Assembly: GCA_964016885.1 (NCBI GenBank)
Contig: OZ024743.1
Location: 374,480,001-374,544,000 of the forward strand
Direction of reading: 5' to 3'
From: Eledone cirrhosa
Taxonomy: Eukaryota
DNA: 64,000 nucleotides
The notes beneath the pieces are model-generated. The model searched no databases and was not told the DNA's origin. It worked only from the letters and a program-made list of their open reading frames with translations. Both the position numbers and the translations under genes were made by a program. This document shows positions 44,646-62,211 of the stretch, piece after piece (the stretch's first letter is position 1; each line of letters begins with the position of its first letter).

Positions 44646-46578
44646 CCTCATCATCATCCGGTGAAACGCCTTCTCCATTCTGTCCGCCAGGGACATGGGG
44701 CGGCCAGCGTGGGGGCCCCATTTGATGGAGCGAACGGGAGTGACGGAGACAGTGACAGTCGGAGTTTGGTTCTTTTGTGTTCGGACCCTGTGTTTGTGTA
44801 TATGTTTCACGGTCTATCAACATATACTTTAAAATCATCTCTAGTTATGTATAATGGTTGAAAAGCACTACGACAAATACCGAATTTCAGTTCTGTGATT
44901 AATAGTACAACCTGTCGAAATAATATATGCATAATGATTGGCCCTCTCTAATTGTTGGTTTAAAAACCGGCCTTGAAAAGTATCGAACTGCAAAATGAGC
45001 AATTTTCAATCACCTATTGAATTTTAATTTTTGTAAAAGGTCAGTAAATTTAGGGGAAGGACAAAGTAGACCCCGTGCAAGATGGTTAGATAACATCCAT
45101 GAGCTTTGAGGATTCTGCCCACATGAACCTCTTAGGAATATGTGGGCTTTCCCCTCAACCAAAATTGCTGGCGTTGTGCCTATATCAGTATCGTGGATTG
45201 GCAGTATCGGTAGAACGTCAGATATCATGCTTTGCAGTATAGAGTTATGGCCCTTTACGTTCTGAGTTCAAATCCCTTCGAGGTTAAGTTTGCTTTTCAT
45301 CCTTACGGGGTCGATAAAATAAAGAACCAGTCACGCTCTGGAGTCGATTTAATCAACTTTCCCCTCCCTAAAAATTGCTGGCCTTGTGTCTATATAAGAA
45401 ACCATTATTATTGCACCCTCGAAATATCCCTGCTATTGTATGTCTGCCAGTTTCACTTGCGGATCAACACTTACTTCTCCTCGGTTTTGAATATCGAAAA
45501 ATATCGATAATCTATACACATTATCAATTAAAGACTTTAGCCAAGCGAGAGATTTCAAATGAACCGAATTCTTAATTTATACATTTAATTAAGCCTCCTC
45601 TTACATTATATTATTTACAACGTTGCCTTTGTATGCCTGCTTTTACACACCTATCAATAATTTGAGAAGCCCAATTATTAAAATATATGCAAATTACTAA
45701 ATATGCATCGTAAATCACATATCCATGAATACACGGCATAGATTGTATATGCTGAATTAATACTCCATGCTTTCACATGTGCAACAGTTGAAATCAGCCA
45801 CCGGTAAGAAGTGATTCGAAGTCAGCCGTAAAATTTAATTTACCGCATGAATGAGTTTTACATGTGTCCAATTAACCCCCCCCCCCTACACATGCAACTG
45901 CCTCCACAGATACTCCAACTATCGAGTTAACATATTCTTCAAAATGACCCTAAATTATGCAACATCTTTAATCATACACCCTTAATTACACGTGCCTGGT
46001 TGACTTTCCTTCATCAAGTTTTAAATTTGAACCAACGAGGTAGCCTCTACATGGTCACTACACCTGCTAGAAATAGTAGTCCTGTTCCCTCAATTCACAC
46101 GAATACCATCTGTAAACAGGAAAAAACTCAATGGCTTGTGTAGTCTCAGATATTCAAAACAAACATATAAACAAATTGTTCATAACTGAAATATCTTTCA
46201 TCATAAGTGTGACCTTGGGCTAAACAACGACCTCAACAACAACAGCAACAATAAATCTTCAATATATTCTACATTTAATAAAGTTTACTCACTCAGAGGC
46301 ACTCTTCAGCCTCAGTCCTACAGACGCTCTATAGTATATACAGTGAACACTTTAATACAAGCTATGTATAGTGAATACTTTAATATATTGTATATATATA
46401 TATAGACAACACATTAATATATCCTATATATAGTCAACACTTTACTACAAGGTATATATAGACAACACTTTAATATATATACACAGTCAACACTTTAATA
46501 TATTGTATATATAGTCTACACTTCAATATATGGTATATATATAGTCAACACTTTAACACAGGGTATATACAATCAACA

Positions 46579-47246
46579 CGTACGGGTGTGAGCGAGAAGA
46601 AAGACCGCGTACAGTGTGGGACGATGGAGGTAGTGAGAGAGAGGGTGAGTAGCAGAGAGTGAGTGAGTGAAAGTGTGAGGAAGAGGCTAGCTGAGAGAGG
46701 GTGAGTGAAAGTAAGACAGAGAAAGGGGAGAGAGAAAGAGGATAGCTGCAAGGGAAGAGAAAAAAGGCAGGTCAGAACGAAGGGGAAAACATATATGAAT
46801 AAAAAATGGCGAGCTGTGTTGTTTAATTAAGTATAAAAAATGAAGAATTAGAAATAGAAGTTAGGAATATCCATCATCGTCCCACACTGTACGCGGTCTT
46901 TCTTCTCGCTTACACCCGTACGGTTAAGATGTGTCTTTCGTCTCCTCGTCAAAATTCTCCCGTTCTTATGTTCGAAATGAATTATTGACTTGATTTTTTC
47001 ATTTTTTGCTCTCTTTACGTTGCCTCACCATTCGTGTCTGTTGACATGTCTTTCCCTTTCTCCACCCAACTCTTTTTGTCCCAATAAGTTATTTTAGTTG
47101 TATCGCCCGAGGAGAGTTATATTGTCTGTAATGCAAATAAATACCTATGATGCCTAGTAGACAACTGATGATGGATATTCCTAACTTGTATTTCTAATTC
47201 TTCATTTTTTATACTTAATTGCAACAACACAGCTCACCATTTTTTA

Positions 47247-47255
<9 letters not shown>
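46579..47255. repeat. Interlocked inverted repeats
   Basis: A (46579-46626) pairs with A' (46875-46922); B' (46791-46878) pairs with B (47167-47255). CTGATGA at 47165. Confidence 0.75.
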
Positions 47256-47294
<39 letters not shown>

Positions 47295-48140
47295 ATGTAT
47301 AATAAACAATACAACATAATTACCTCATTACCAGAGGTTTCCGGAATAAGACGAATAAAAGAAACGTCCTCATTCATTGGTCAAGGCAATTTAAAACATA
47401 GTGAAATATTTGAAAGGCAAAAGTTTAACAGGCAAAAAAAATATAAATAAAAGTAATGTAAGAGACATATAAAAAATAAAATAAGGAAATATAGTAAGGG
47501 TATGTGTATAAATGTGTGTATATACTCCTACAAATGTACATATGTGTGTATGTACAAATGCATGTGTATAGTGAAAAAATGTGTGCGTAAGTACATACAT
47601 GAGGGCAAGCATATCAGTGTATGTGTGACCACAAATACGTATATAATATATGTTGAAAAAAGAAATTGTAAGATAATAGAGTTAGAGTACATACAGACTC
47701 AGGGACTAAGGATTGAAATATATACACATACAAGTATGAAAGCACGCGTATAAACACGCACACACGCGCAACCACATACATGCATGTGATATATACAGGG
47801 AAGGGAGTGTATCAGTCAAAGCAGTATCAGGCTGAAGGCCGATGTATATATAAAAATATAAAATATGAAAATGAAAAAATGAAAAAATATATGAGAATAA
47901 AAAAATTAAATCAAAGAGAAAGTAAAAGGGAGGGGTTATCAATTATAAAGTAACTCTAGAAAAAATAGAAAACATACAGAGGTTCGTACACACACACATA
48001 TATATATAAAAATATATATATAAATACGTACAGACAAAAGCACATACATGCGTACATACATACAAAAGCGCGCATACATACACACGAAGCACATATATAT
48101 ATACATACATGTACATCTAATCACACGCACGCACGCGACC

Positions 48141-48270
<130 letters not shown>

Positions 48271-48709
48271 ATAAATATGTAAAAAACATAGATATAAAAA
48301 CACACATACACACACGCATATACACATACACGCGCACATACGAATGCGTTTGTATACATATACAAACACGTATACACACATATGCACACTTACACGCATA
48401 CATACAATATAAAAACCAGCCGTATCAATAAATGAGTACAAATTATACGCAAGTAAACATACATAAAAGCGGCTGAGGGACAACAGAATATATCGGGAGT
48501 TGAAAACGCAAGTGACAGTGATATCAGGTAGTGAAAGAAAAGAGGGAAGTAAAATATGTAAAATTGTGAAGTTATAAAGTAAGTGAATCAAAAAGCAAAG
48601 GGGTCACTGGTGGATGTGAAGTAAAAATAAAGTTAAAAATAAAAATAAAAGTAAATCAGAAAGAGAAGTTTGTAAAGATGGTAAGTTAAGGAAAGTGAAG
48701 AACAAGAGT

Positions 48710-49440
48710 TTATGGAGGATAAGTATCTGAAAGTGAGTTAAGTTTATATGAGCTGGAAAGCAAGTGTGATTTCATGTATGGGCAACTGGTGAAAATTTCT
48801 GTTTTTGCATTTAGGCAGGTATTTGGTGATTTAAGGTTCTGTAAAATCCAATATTTTTCACTTATGCAGAGTGCGCATCTTCTTGTTTCTCTTGCATATT
48901 CTTTAGATTGGTTCAAAATTGACCAATCTAATTTATATTGGATACCTTGGTCTTTCAAATCCCATATTCTGCTAGTCAGAGCTGTTGTAAATCTTTTTTC
49001 AGGATGTCGGAAAGATGCAACATGTGAGTAATAACGCGTTTTGAATTTGTCTTGTGTCATACCCACATATCGTTCGCTGGTGACTGGTAGGTTGTTGCTG
49101 GTGGTTGTCACTTTAGCCGTATATACAATGGCTTTGGTGTTGCATTTACCTTGTAATGGGCATTCACTTTTGATTCTACAGGAGCAATTTTGATGTTCTC
49201 TGGGTATTTTCTTATTGAGGATATAAGATTAAACAGGGGGACCGCAGGAGTAGCTAATTTTGACACAGTTTCTATTGAAGATCTTATAGTATCTATGTGT
49301 TCTAGGGAAATGTTTATCTAAGAGCTCTAGGAATTTTTTGCCTACATTAGATTTAACTGCTAAAGAGTAGGGGGGGGGGTGAACCAGATTATTTTTCTTT
49401 TCCTATTATTATATTTAAAGGAGTTAGTATTGTTGGGTAT
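48710..49440 (-). pseudogene. PLE GIY-YIG endonuclease fragment
   Basis: CSCRIKSECPLQGKC...IVY.AKV...YVGMT..KFKTRYYSH...RCALCISEKYWI...LNAKTEI. Confidence 0.85.
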
Positions 49441-49814
49441 GTACTTAATCACCAGTGACCCCCCCCCCCCTGCTTTTTGATTCACTTACTTTATATCTTC
49501 ACAATTTTACATATTTTACTTCCCTCTTTTCTTTCACTACCTGATATCATTGTCACTTGCGTTTTCAACTCCCGATATATTCTGTTGTCCCTCAGCCGTT
49601 TTTATGTATGTTTACTTGCGTATAATTTGTACTCATTTATTGATACGGCTGGTTTTTATATTGTATGTATGCCTGTAAGTGTGCATATGTGTGTATACAT
49701 GTTTGTATATGTATACGAACGCATTCGTATGTGCGCGTGTATGTGTATGTGTGTGTGTGTATGTGTGTTTTTATATCTATGTTTTTTACATACTTATATA
49801 TATGTGTGTGTGTG

Positions 49815-49889
<75 letters not shown>

Positions 49890-50670
49890 GTATATATATA
49901 TATGGTCGCGTGCGTGCGTGTGATTAGATGTACATGTATGTATATATATATGTGCTTCGTGTGTATGTATGCGCGCTTTTGTATGTATGTACGCATGTAT
50001 GTGCTTTTGTCTGTACGTATTTATATATATATTTATATATATATATGTGTGTGTACGAACCTCTGTATGTTTTCTATTTTTTCTAGTGTTACTTTATAAT
50101 TGATAACGCCTTCCTCTTACTTTCTCTTTGATTTAATTTTTTTATTCTCATATATTTTTTCATTTTTTCATTTTCATATTTTATATTTTTATATATGCAT
50201 CGACCTTCAGCCTGACACTGCTTTGACTGATACACTCCCTTCCCTGTATATATCACATGCATGTAGGTGATTGCGCGTGTGTGTGTGTTTATACGCGTGC
50301 TTTCATACTTGTATGTGTATATATTTCAATCCTTAGTCCCTGAGTCTGTATGTACTCTAACTCTATTATCTTACAATTTCTTTTTTCAACATATATTATA
50401 TACGTATTTGTGGTCACACATACACTGATATGCTTGCCCTCATGTATGTACTTACGCACACATTTTTTCACTATACACATGCATTTGTACATACACACAT
50501 ATGTACATTTGTAGGTGTATATACACACATTTATACACATACCCTTACTATATTTCCTTATTTTATTTTTTATATGTCTCTTGCATTACTTTTATTTATA
50601 TTTTTTTTTGCCCGTTAAACTTTTGCCTTTCTTGAGGAGATTTTTCAAATATTTCACTATGTTTTAAATT

Positions 50671-50740
50671 GCCTTGTCTGACGAACGAATGAGGACGTTT
50701 CTTGTATTCGTCTTATTCGGGAAACCTCTGGTAATGAGGT
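50671..50740 (+). ncRNA. Type I hammerhead ribozyme in the inverted pseudo-LTR
   Basis: gccttgt-CTGACGA-a-cgaatgaggacg..cgtcttattcg-g-GAAACC-tct-GGTA-atgaggt. The left-arm copy has a damaged core. Confidence 0.8.
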
Positions 50741-51059
50741 AATTATATTGTATTGTTTATTATACATCAAATCTAGCACTGTAACTTACATAGAGCACTC
50801 TTCACTCCTATGACTTTTTCAATTTTCAACGGAAACTTCAATACTTATATATATAATGTTTAAAAAAAAATTAAGCTCTGTACCCTTTCCTAAGGGGTTA
50901 ATATATTAAGCTTCTTCGCATATGGTAATAAACTGTTATACCCAATTTATTCATCTTCTATATATCTATATATATACATTCATTTGTTATGGCTATTGGT
51001 GAGCTTTGTTACTCTAAAGTTTCACCGCGCATTCACAGGATCACGTGTCTTGTATGATG

Positions 51060-52270
51060 ATCCACCAAACTCTTCTCCTCTCAATATCTAACTCACAAAA
51101 CTCTCTTTTAAGTCAACTCTCTGTATCTACTCAAACCAAACTCTCCCCCTCTACCACGACACCACCTCTCTATATCTAACACCAATACACTCACCACTCT
51201 CTATAAATATCTACAATTATCTCTCCCAAAACACCTTTCTATATCAATCACACCTAAACTCTCCCCCTATCTATATCTTCTACATGACACTCTCTCATTA
51301 TCCTTCTCTATATATCTACAACAACCAAATTCTCCTCCTCTCTATATCTAACATAAAAACCACTCCCCCAATCACCTTCTTTACATCAATCATCTCTCAA
51401 TCTCACCATCTCTATCACACTCTCTCATAACCTTTCTCTCTCTATCCATTACAACCCCCCCTCCTCTATATGTTTTACGACAATGTCTCCTCCAGTCCCT
51501 CTCTATATATTTAGTAATACTTATTCCTCCCAACACCCTCATTATATTTTCAAGAGTTGAAATTTACCCCTCTCTCTATCTACTGCACGGAACCTTCTCT
51601 AGCTATTTCCACCAAACTATCCCCCTCTCTATATCTATCTACCCCTCTCTCTATCAATTCTCTCACTCTATTCATTACCACCAAACTCTGCCCCTCTCTC
51701 CATCAACCATAGAACACTCTATCCCAACCCCCTCTCTATGTCAATTAACACTAAATTCTCCCCCCCCCCCTCTCTATATCTACTACACGCTACTCTCCTC
51801 TAATACCCCTCTCTATATCTACTACACGAAACTCTCTTCCAATCCCCCTCTCCATATCAATAAATATCAATCTCTCCCCCTCTCTATATCTAATATACAA
51901 CACACTCTTTCACCCCTCTCTATATCTATTATCACCAAACTATCCCCTCTCTATATCTACCGTACAACACTCTAATTTCCAAACTCTCCCCCTCTATATA
52001 TTTATCAATACCTATCTCTATCAATCCTCTCACTCTATTCATTACCACTAAACTTCCACCCTCTCTATATCGACCATACAACACTCTCTCACAACATCCC
52101 TCTCTAAAACAATTAACACCAAACTCTTCCTCTCTCTTCCAATCACCTTCTCTATATAACTTATCATCAAACTCTCTCCCTCCGTATATCTACTACACGG
52201 AACTCTTTTCCAATTCCTCTCTCCTATATTAATTAACACCAATCTCTCGCCCTCTCTATATCTACATGTA
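51060..52270. repeat. Degenerate CT-rich minisatellite
   Basis: Recurrent ccccctctctatatc(t/a)a...aaactctc units of ~30-40 bp. Confidence 0.8.
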
Positions 52271-52689
52271 CATAAATTGTAGCGCATATACAAATAGATG
52301 TGTGTTTTGGTAGTTTGAGGAGAAAAATATGGGGGATGAGGGGGGGGGGGGCATGGCCCCCTGGTTCCCCTAGTTCCACCGTCTCTGTGTATATATAAAC
52401 AACACATTAATATAATATATGCAGTGAACTTGTTAATGTAATGTGTATATAGCCAACAAATTATTGAATAGCCCATTTCAAGGGTCTTCAAAGCAATACC
52501 ACAGGAGAATACAGTTCACCCGGCCCAGTATTAATGTTAATTATTTTATCAACTTTGGTAGATTCATTAAATGTGATGTCTGCTCTAATCAATCTATATT
52601 TAGACTTTAAGAAGACACAACTAAATATTTAATTTTATGATATCTTCCTGGATATCGCTGGACAGATTTTACGGGCAAAACTAACTGGT

Positions 52690-53133
52690 AGGATACCCAG
52701 CAGTAGACCCTGAGCAAGATGGTTGGATAACATCCAACAGCTTGGCTGGTCTCGCTTGGGAATCCAACCTGATCAGTTGGAGACAGTTGCTTCTGACAGA
52801 ACCTGCTGGATGAAATGTTAGAGGAGTCTTCCCCCACGACAGGATATTTGCTATTGCTTCTGCAAACTCAGGAATAAGTAGGTGAAGAAGAAGAAGAAGA
52901 AGAAGAAGAAGAAGAAGAAGAAGAAGAAGAAGAAGAAGAAAAAGAAGAAGAAAAAGAAAAAGAAAAAGAAAAAGAAAAAGAAGAAAAAGAAAAAGAAGAA
53001 AAAGAAGAAAAAGAAGAAAAAGAAAAAGAAAAAGAAAAAGAAAAAGAAAAAGAAAAAGAAAAAGAAAAAGAAAAAGAAAATGAAGAAGAAGAAGAAGAAG
53101 AAGAAGAAGAAGAAGAAGAAGAAGAAGAAGAAG
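52690..53133 (+). mobile_element. 5'-truncated RTE 3' end with an expanded (AAG)n/(AAAAAG)n tail
   Basis: SRP*ARWLDNIQQL...ASDRTCW, an RTE C-terminal motif, followed by a ~250-bp purine tract. Confidence 0.6.
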
Positions 53134-53813
53134 ATATCTACCACTCTATCGATTCTGGCAAACCACCGTTCTAAAGCACCACGTTATAACTCAACTAGTA
53201 TGTCGTAATCTCAGATGTCCCCAGACTTTGCATTACCGCTCAAATCTAGGTCAACGCCTCTGAAGATGTCCTCAGACTTTGCATTACCATTCAAATCTAG
53301 GTCAACGCCTCTGAAGATGTCCTCGTAAGTTGTATTGGCTGTTCTTCCCGACAGTGCTTTCGTCATCATGTCTGTGAAGCGCCTGCTAACAACAAAAACT
53401 GTATCATTTCTATTTGTATTGAACACATTATCAGACACTTAAACTCTTTTATTACGATATTCCTAATGGAAGACATTATCTATGATTTTCAAATAGTTTC
53501 GAAAATGATCGAGAATTTGGAGGAATTTTATAATATATTTAATGTTTTCATTGTCAAGCTGGTATTTTGATCATAAACTAGAAATGTTTTCATATAAAAT
53601 CATGATGGGAAGATTTTTTAGATAGATATTTTAAAACAAATAGCTTTATCTCATAAAACCGGGCTCGGTTTCGACTTGTGGGCATCAGACGGGTTAGATT
53701 ATTATTTTTTTTTAAATTTCTATTCAGGAAATTGAAACAAAATACATACACACGATTCTAGAAATGCAATAAAAAAGCTTCATATCCTTCATATTTATTT
53801 TTATATTTTTCAG

Positions 53814-53881
53814 ATGTACCTACCAAGGTAAAAGTACACATGTATGTCAACAGCTTCGACTCCATTCGAGAATCATCTATG
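53814..53881 (+). CDS. Next coding exon of the Cys-loop anion channel (beta1/loop 2)
   Basis: tttttcag acceptor and GTAAGT donor; 68 bp with phase 1 matching the upstream exon. (D)VPTKVKVHMYVNSFDSIRESSM is comparable to GlyR GPPVNVxCNIFINSFGSIAETTM. Confidence 0.9.
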
Positions 53882-54199
53882 GTAAGTTTAATAAATGTTT
53901 ATTGGAAATTATTGAGATGAAATAGATCGGAAGTGGCTTGATTATATACAATATCCGGTCCAATCCATCACTGTTACTTCCAATCAGGTAATATCTGCAC
54001 CAAAGATAATCAATTAAAGGTGTGATGTGTCTGATGTATGGAGTCTGTTAATAATAGCGTCAAATGTTTTCAAAATTATCTATCAATCAATGTATCTCAT
54101 TACTATAAAAATACATCCCATATGTCTTACACAGTAAAAATCTAGGTATAAACACGTGCATACAGACACACACACACGTCTTAGTGTACTGTGTAAACT

Positions 54200-54760
54200 A
54201 TAAGTAGGGTAGGGATTAACGGCTTGTGTCACCGTGTGACGTGATTGCCAGGGAGTATATAACTGCTATCTCAGCTCTCTGGAGACATTGTATCTTTTTT
54301 CTCACGTGCTTTTGTTTACAGCTCCTCAATGTTAGGCCATCGAACGATGGCACAGAGCATTGAACCAGCCTGAAGTTTCTGGTCTGGCTGGGAAAAACTC
54401 AACCAGAAGCACACGGAGTATGCAGCAAGTGTACGGAGATGAGACGATGTCGCACTCACGGGTTTTCAAGTTGCACAAAAGATTCAACGAGGGACACGAG
54501 GATGCGGAAGACGACGCCAGGAGCGGAAGGACTTCAAAGAACAAAACTGTTTTTTTTGGGACGTGGAAGCCATCAAGAGGGCCATGATGACAGAGCTGCG
54601 GAGAATCCTTCCAGAAGTGCCTGCAAGCGTGCTGGAGAAGGCTGGGAAAGTGCGTTAGACAAAAGGGGGTTTATTTCGAAGGGGAAAACTTATAGTTTGT
54701 TAATTGGATTTGAAATATTTTTGTGACCTCAATCCTGTTTCTTTTCTGACACACCTCGTG
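54200..54760 (+). mobile_element. Internally deleted mariner relic
   Basis: MQQVYGDETMSHSRVFKLHKRFNEG..EDDARSGR, KGVYFEG, and right TIR ttttctgacacacctcgt. Confidence 0.8.
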
Positions 54761-54784
54761 TACACACACACGCACACACACACA

Positions 54785-54890
<106 letters not shown>

Positions 54891-54951
54891 AACACACACC
54901 CGCACACACACACATATATATATATATAAATATATATATATACACATATGC

Positions 54952-54994
<43 letters not shown>

Positions 54995-55119
54995 AAGAAA
55001 TTAAAAGATGGTTAAAAAAGTTCCATGTATTTTATTATGCGCATTTCAACAATAAACTGTTGAGTGTTACTTATCCGATATTTGCATTGCTTTATTGTAG
55101 CACAATAAACCTCACCTCC

Positions 55120-55185
<66 letters not shown>

Positions 55186-55382
55186 TACATTGCATATGTA
55201 TATATATATATATATAGTATTAAGGATACTATTTATGGTTATGTATATACTAAAACTTTTTATAGTTATATATATTTTAAACCCTAAACAGTGAAAGACA
55301 ATAATTTATTACTACCTTATTACCAGTAAGATAAATAGCTCAATGTAATAACAATGAATTCTATATATATATATATATATAT

Positions 55383-55789
55383 CCGGGAGAGATGACCCCT
55401 TAGCCTTTGTCAAGGCAGAATTCTAGGAGAAGGAAAACTCTGATATAACACCTGCAACCCTGATGGTATCCAATGATGTTGACTTGTTCTTCTTTTTGGT
55501 AAATATCATCTTGGTTAAGAGAGTGGGACTGGCTTTGTGCAGTGTCTTTGCTCACTATAAAAGCTTCACCGCACAGGCATTGCTTTATATCTGGAGATCT
55601 CTCTGCACTTGTCATCACATGGTACCATGGGCCCAGCACTGTGTCAGTAATTGTCAAAAGTGTAGTGTTTGTACCAGAGTTTTCAAGTCGCTGGCTGGAC
55701 TAAAAAGTCACACTCGTTCAGCGCTTCGGTAGGGGTTCTCCTACATGGATATAAAGTAGTGGCTGTACTCGAAAACGAGTTGGCAGCCA

Positions 55790-55793
<4 letters not shown>
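55383..55793 (+). mobile_element. Short bipartite RTE derivative (5' UTR + last zinc finger + 3' end)
   Basis: 5' part is homologous to the reverse complement of ~32134-32350. CSVCTRVFKSLAGLKSHTRS follows, then 3' end actcgaaaacgagttggcagccaccat. Flanked by (TA)n. Confidence 0.75.
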
Positions 55794-55844
<51 letters not shown>

Positions 55845-55906
55845 CTTATATAATTGTATATATAGATATTGAACCTAATACCTAACACCTTTTCCTATAT
55901 GTATAC

Positions 55907-55993
<87 letters not shown>

Positions 55994-56217
55994 AGTATGG
56001 CTGCGTGGTTAAGTAGTTTGTCTCAGAATCTCGTGGTTTCATGTTTGGGGTTCTCTCCCACTACATAGTACTTTGGGAAAGCATCTTTCTACCCTCGAGT
56101 AGTCATGTTAGTGAAATTTGGTAGACGGTCACTATAGAAACCCGAAACTCGCCCCACCCTCATATATGTGTGCTAGTTATTAGTTATATAATTGTAAAAG
56201 GGAGTCATAGATAATAT

Positions 56218-56738
56218 AATAATTGTTTCTACTTTTGGCACAAGGCCAGCAATTATCCTAGTGTATTACTGGTACCTTATTTTATCGACCCCGTAAGGGT
56301 GAAAGGCAAAGTTAACCTCGGCGGGATTTGAACTTAGACAATAAAGGGGCATAACTCTTTGCTGCAAAGCATAGCGTCAGACCCTCTACTGATACTGCCA
56401 ATCCACCAATATAATTGTTTCTACTTTAGGCACAAAGCCAGCAAATACCCAGTGCATTACTGGTACTTTATTTTATCGACCCCGTTTGGATGAAGGGCAA
56501 AATCCACCAATATAATAATAAACTAATATAATGGTAAGTTATATGCTAGATCATATAATTGTTTCTACTTTTGGCACAAGGCCAGCAATTACCCAGTACA
56601 TTACTGGTACTTTATTCTATCGACCCCGTAAGGAAGAAAGGCAAAGTGAACCTAGGCGGGATTTGAACTCAGACCGTAAAGGGACGTAACTATGCTGGAA
56701 AGCATGGCGTCCGACTCACTACCGATACTGCCAATCCA
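56218..56738 (-). mobile_element. Tandem cluster of the 3030-family SINE (further copies at ~45190-45410, 61302-61467, 62378-62527)
   Basis: Three units beginning ataattgtttctac. Confidence 0.85.
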
Positions 56739-57256
56739 TATGAGGGTACATTTGTCTGTGTGCCTATGTATGTATATGTTTGAGTGTATATATATTTGTA
56801 TATATGCGCATGAGTATGTGTCTGTATGTGCAAGCATACGTAAATTCATTAAGAGCATTAATTACATTTCCGATATTCTATAGTAAAAATAAGAATAATC
56901 TTTTAAAATTATTAATAGCTAATATCAACATACTACGTCAATAAACACGTTCTTAAACAAACAACTCGAACCGTATCTTGATCATTAATTCTCTAGATAA
57001 TTATAAGCATGATTAGGTCGACTGTAGATCATGACAATTATTTAACAGGCGACATTAACTAAATAAACACCGCCAGACTACAAAGACACCGCTTGAGTAA
57101 GATTAAATTTACAGCGTGAAGTCAAATATTTTAATTTCTTAAAAATGCGAGAAATAAACAAAATAAGATAAATGAAGCCAATTCAACCCCATACACAAAC
57201 TGCATATTAGAACCATAATTGATATTAATAGTATTTTACACTCACACATATGTATA

Positions 57257-57900
57257 TACGAGGTGTGTCAGAAAAGTTCTAGGACTGATGTCACAAAAGA
57301 TTTATTTCAAACCCAAACTTCACACTAAGAGTTTTCTCCTTCAAAGTAATCCCCCTGGAGTCTAATGCACCTTTCCATCCTTTTCTGCCACGCTTTCATG
57401 CACTCCTGGAAGAATTCTTCCGGGATCCTCCGCAGTTCCGTCGTCACGGCCTTTTTGATGTCGTTCACGTCTTCAAAACGGTTACCCTCCGAGTCGTACA
57501 CGAAGATCCATGACTCATCACCGGTGATGACTGTCCCTTGCAAGTCTGGTTCGGTTTCAAGACGCTCGAGGATGTCCTGGCACACTTGCATGCGTCGACC
57601 CTTCTGGTCATCGTTCAGCAGTTTTGACACCATCTTCGCTCAGACTTTCCGCATGTCCAAATCTTCAGTGAGAATCTTCCAGACGCTGTCCCGATTCATG
57701 CCCAGCTCATTTGCCATCAGTCGAACAGTCAGCCGACGATCGCTACGCACCATCTGCCTGAGGCGCTCAACGTTGACCTCAGTCCTGGTTGTTGAGGGCC
57801 TTCCGCTCCTGGGGTCATCTTCCACGCCCTGGCGTCCTTCTTTAAACCTCTTGCACCACTCAAAAGCACGTGAGCGTGACATCCTCTCATCTCCATACTA
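57257..57900 (-). mobile_element. Mariner relic, truncated and internally deleted
   Basis: TA plus TIR cgaggtgtgtcagaaaag; EDDPRSGRP, ITGDESW, CIRLQGDYFEG. Confidence 0.9.
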
Positions 57901-58601
57901 GTTTGTGTATATGTAAATCTTTATATTTGATAATCTCCCATTAGTTTGAGATGCAATTTAGACAATATTAGGCTGCGCTTTCTAGCAACCAGCCCTCTCG
58001 CCGTAAGGCACCAATCACATTCTTTCTGACTTGACCACTGCCACGTCACAGTTCTTAGCCATTTTGAATTCGTTTCTGGCGGGGATCATTTAAGAAAAAT
58101 CTTCGTCCAAGTGAGTTTGTTTCCTGATGATTTCGAAGCTCGAGAATTTATACTTGATCAGACATTTCCAAAAGCGAATGAAACCCTAAAGGGTAGAAAT
58201 GTAATCCTGGTATGTCTTTATGCATTTTTCTTCTAACTTTAATTTTATACCTAATTGTGTATGGTTGACGATATATTTAATCGATTTCCACGTGCTATTG
58301 AAATGGTGGGTAAATATTCTATAGCTGTTGATCGCGAATAGATGGCTGTCGTTTATTTATCTATTATTTCTTCATAGGTGCATTTTAATCTTATAGCATG
58401 ATCTTATCAAATGATTCTATGGACATAATTTATAGTATATATATATATATATGTATGTATGTATAATAGTAATATATAAGGGAAGAAAGTATCAGTGTTG
58501 CATCATATACATATTTAATTACATATTACATATGTTTCACTGTCCATCGGCTTGAGGAACGATCGATTAATGATCGAACCTGACTCTCTGGAATCGGAAT
58601 T

Positions 58602-61213
<2,612 letters not shown>

Positions 61214-61921
61214 CATATATTCATTGTTTATGTAAAATGCCTGGTTGCTTCTAAAATATTTCCATTCCTGCAAATCTAACAACAAATTATATTCTAACTA
61301 CATAATTGTTTCTACTTTTGGCACAAGGCCAGCAATTACCCAGTGTATTACTGGTACTTTATTTTATCGACCCGGTAAGGATGAAAGGCAAAGTTAACCT
61401 CGACGGGATTTGAACTCAGACCGTAAAGGGACGTAACTGTGCTGCAAAGCATGGCGTCCGACCCTAACTACATAATGAAAATTAATAACATTGTAAATAA
61501 TAGATAAGAAATGATTTTTACCTAAACCTACTTGCTGCTGCCTCTTAGATAATTGCCAATCCTGAAAGTCTTACAACAAATATTAAACTAACGGTATATA
61601 AGGAAAAAATAATTAATAACATTCTACATTGTAATGAGTTAATAATTTGTACCTCAACCTATAATTTTACACGGTCATAAAACTCCATGTAAAATATGTT
61701 TGTCTTTTAAATTTAATTGTACGCTTTACGCTCAGTGTTAGTGTTTGAAATGAAGTCTGTTCTTGATACCATTTCAACTTGGTAAACTTTCTTCTTTCTC
61801 ACATTTTCCTGAAGACATGCAGTTATAGGTATTGTAGCCTAAACTGACGAGCTCGCGGTAGATTCACTACTCTCGCTAATATGACCATATATATATATAT
61901 ATATTTATTTAATATAGAAAT

Positions 61922-62117
61922 ATATTTAATATAGAAATGGCATCATCTACAGGACTAGAACTGTTTCATTCGGGAGAAATCATCAGGAAGCCCTCATGAT
62001 TTCCTCCGAATAAAACAGTTCTAGTCCTGTAGATGCCGTTTCTATATTAAATATTTATACTCTGCTTTGTATTGAGTACCTTACTGTGGTTACCCCCGAT
62101 TGAACCCAGGATAAACA
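61922..62117. mobile_element. Fold-back element of the 1577-1720 family
   Basis: Minus arm ggcttc-CTGATGA-tttc tccc gaat-GAAAC-AG-ttctagtc-CT-GTA; the plus arm core is mutated; shared tail. Confidence 0.8.
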
Positions 62118-62144
62118 TATATATATATATATACATATACATAA

Positions 62145-62185
<41 letters not shown>

Positions 62186-62211
62186 CACATATATGTATAT
62201 ATATATATATA

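Noticed and set aside
52851-53208. Poly-Lys and poly-Phe ORFs
   Set aside because: They come from an (AAG)n/(AAAAAG)n tract, probably an expanded retroelement tail.
53214-53325. ~50-bp tandem repeat containing CTGAAGA, suggesting an HHR or CRISPR-like array
   Set aside because: There is no GAAA or stem III and no unique spacers; it is a simple duplication in eukaryotic DNA.
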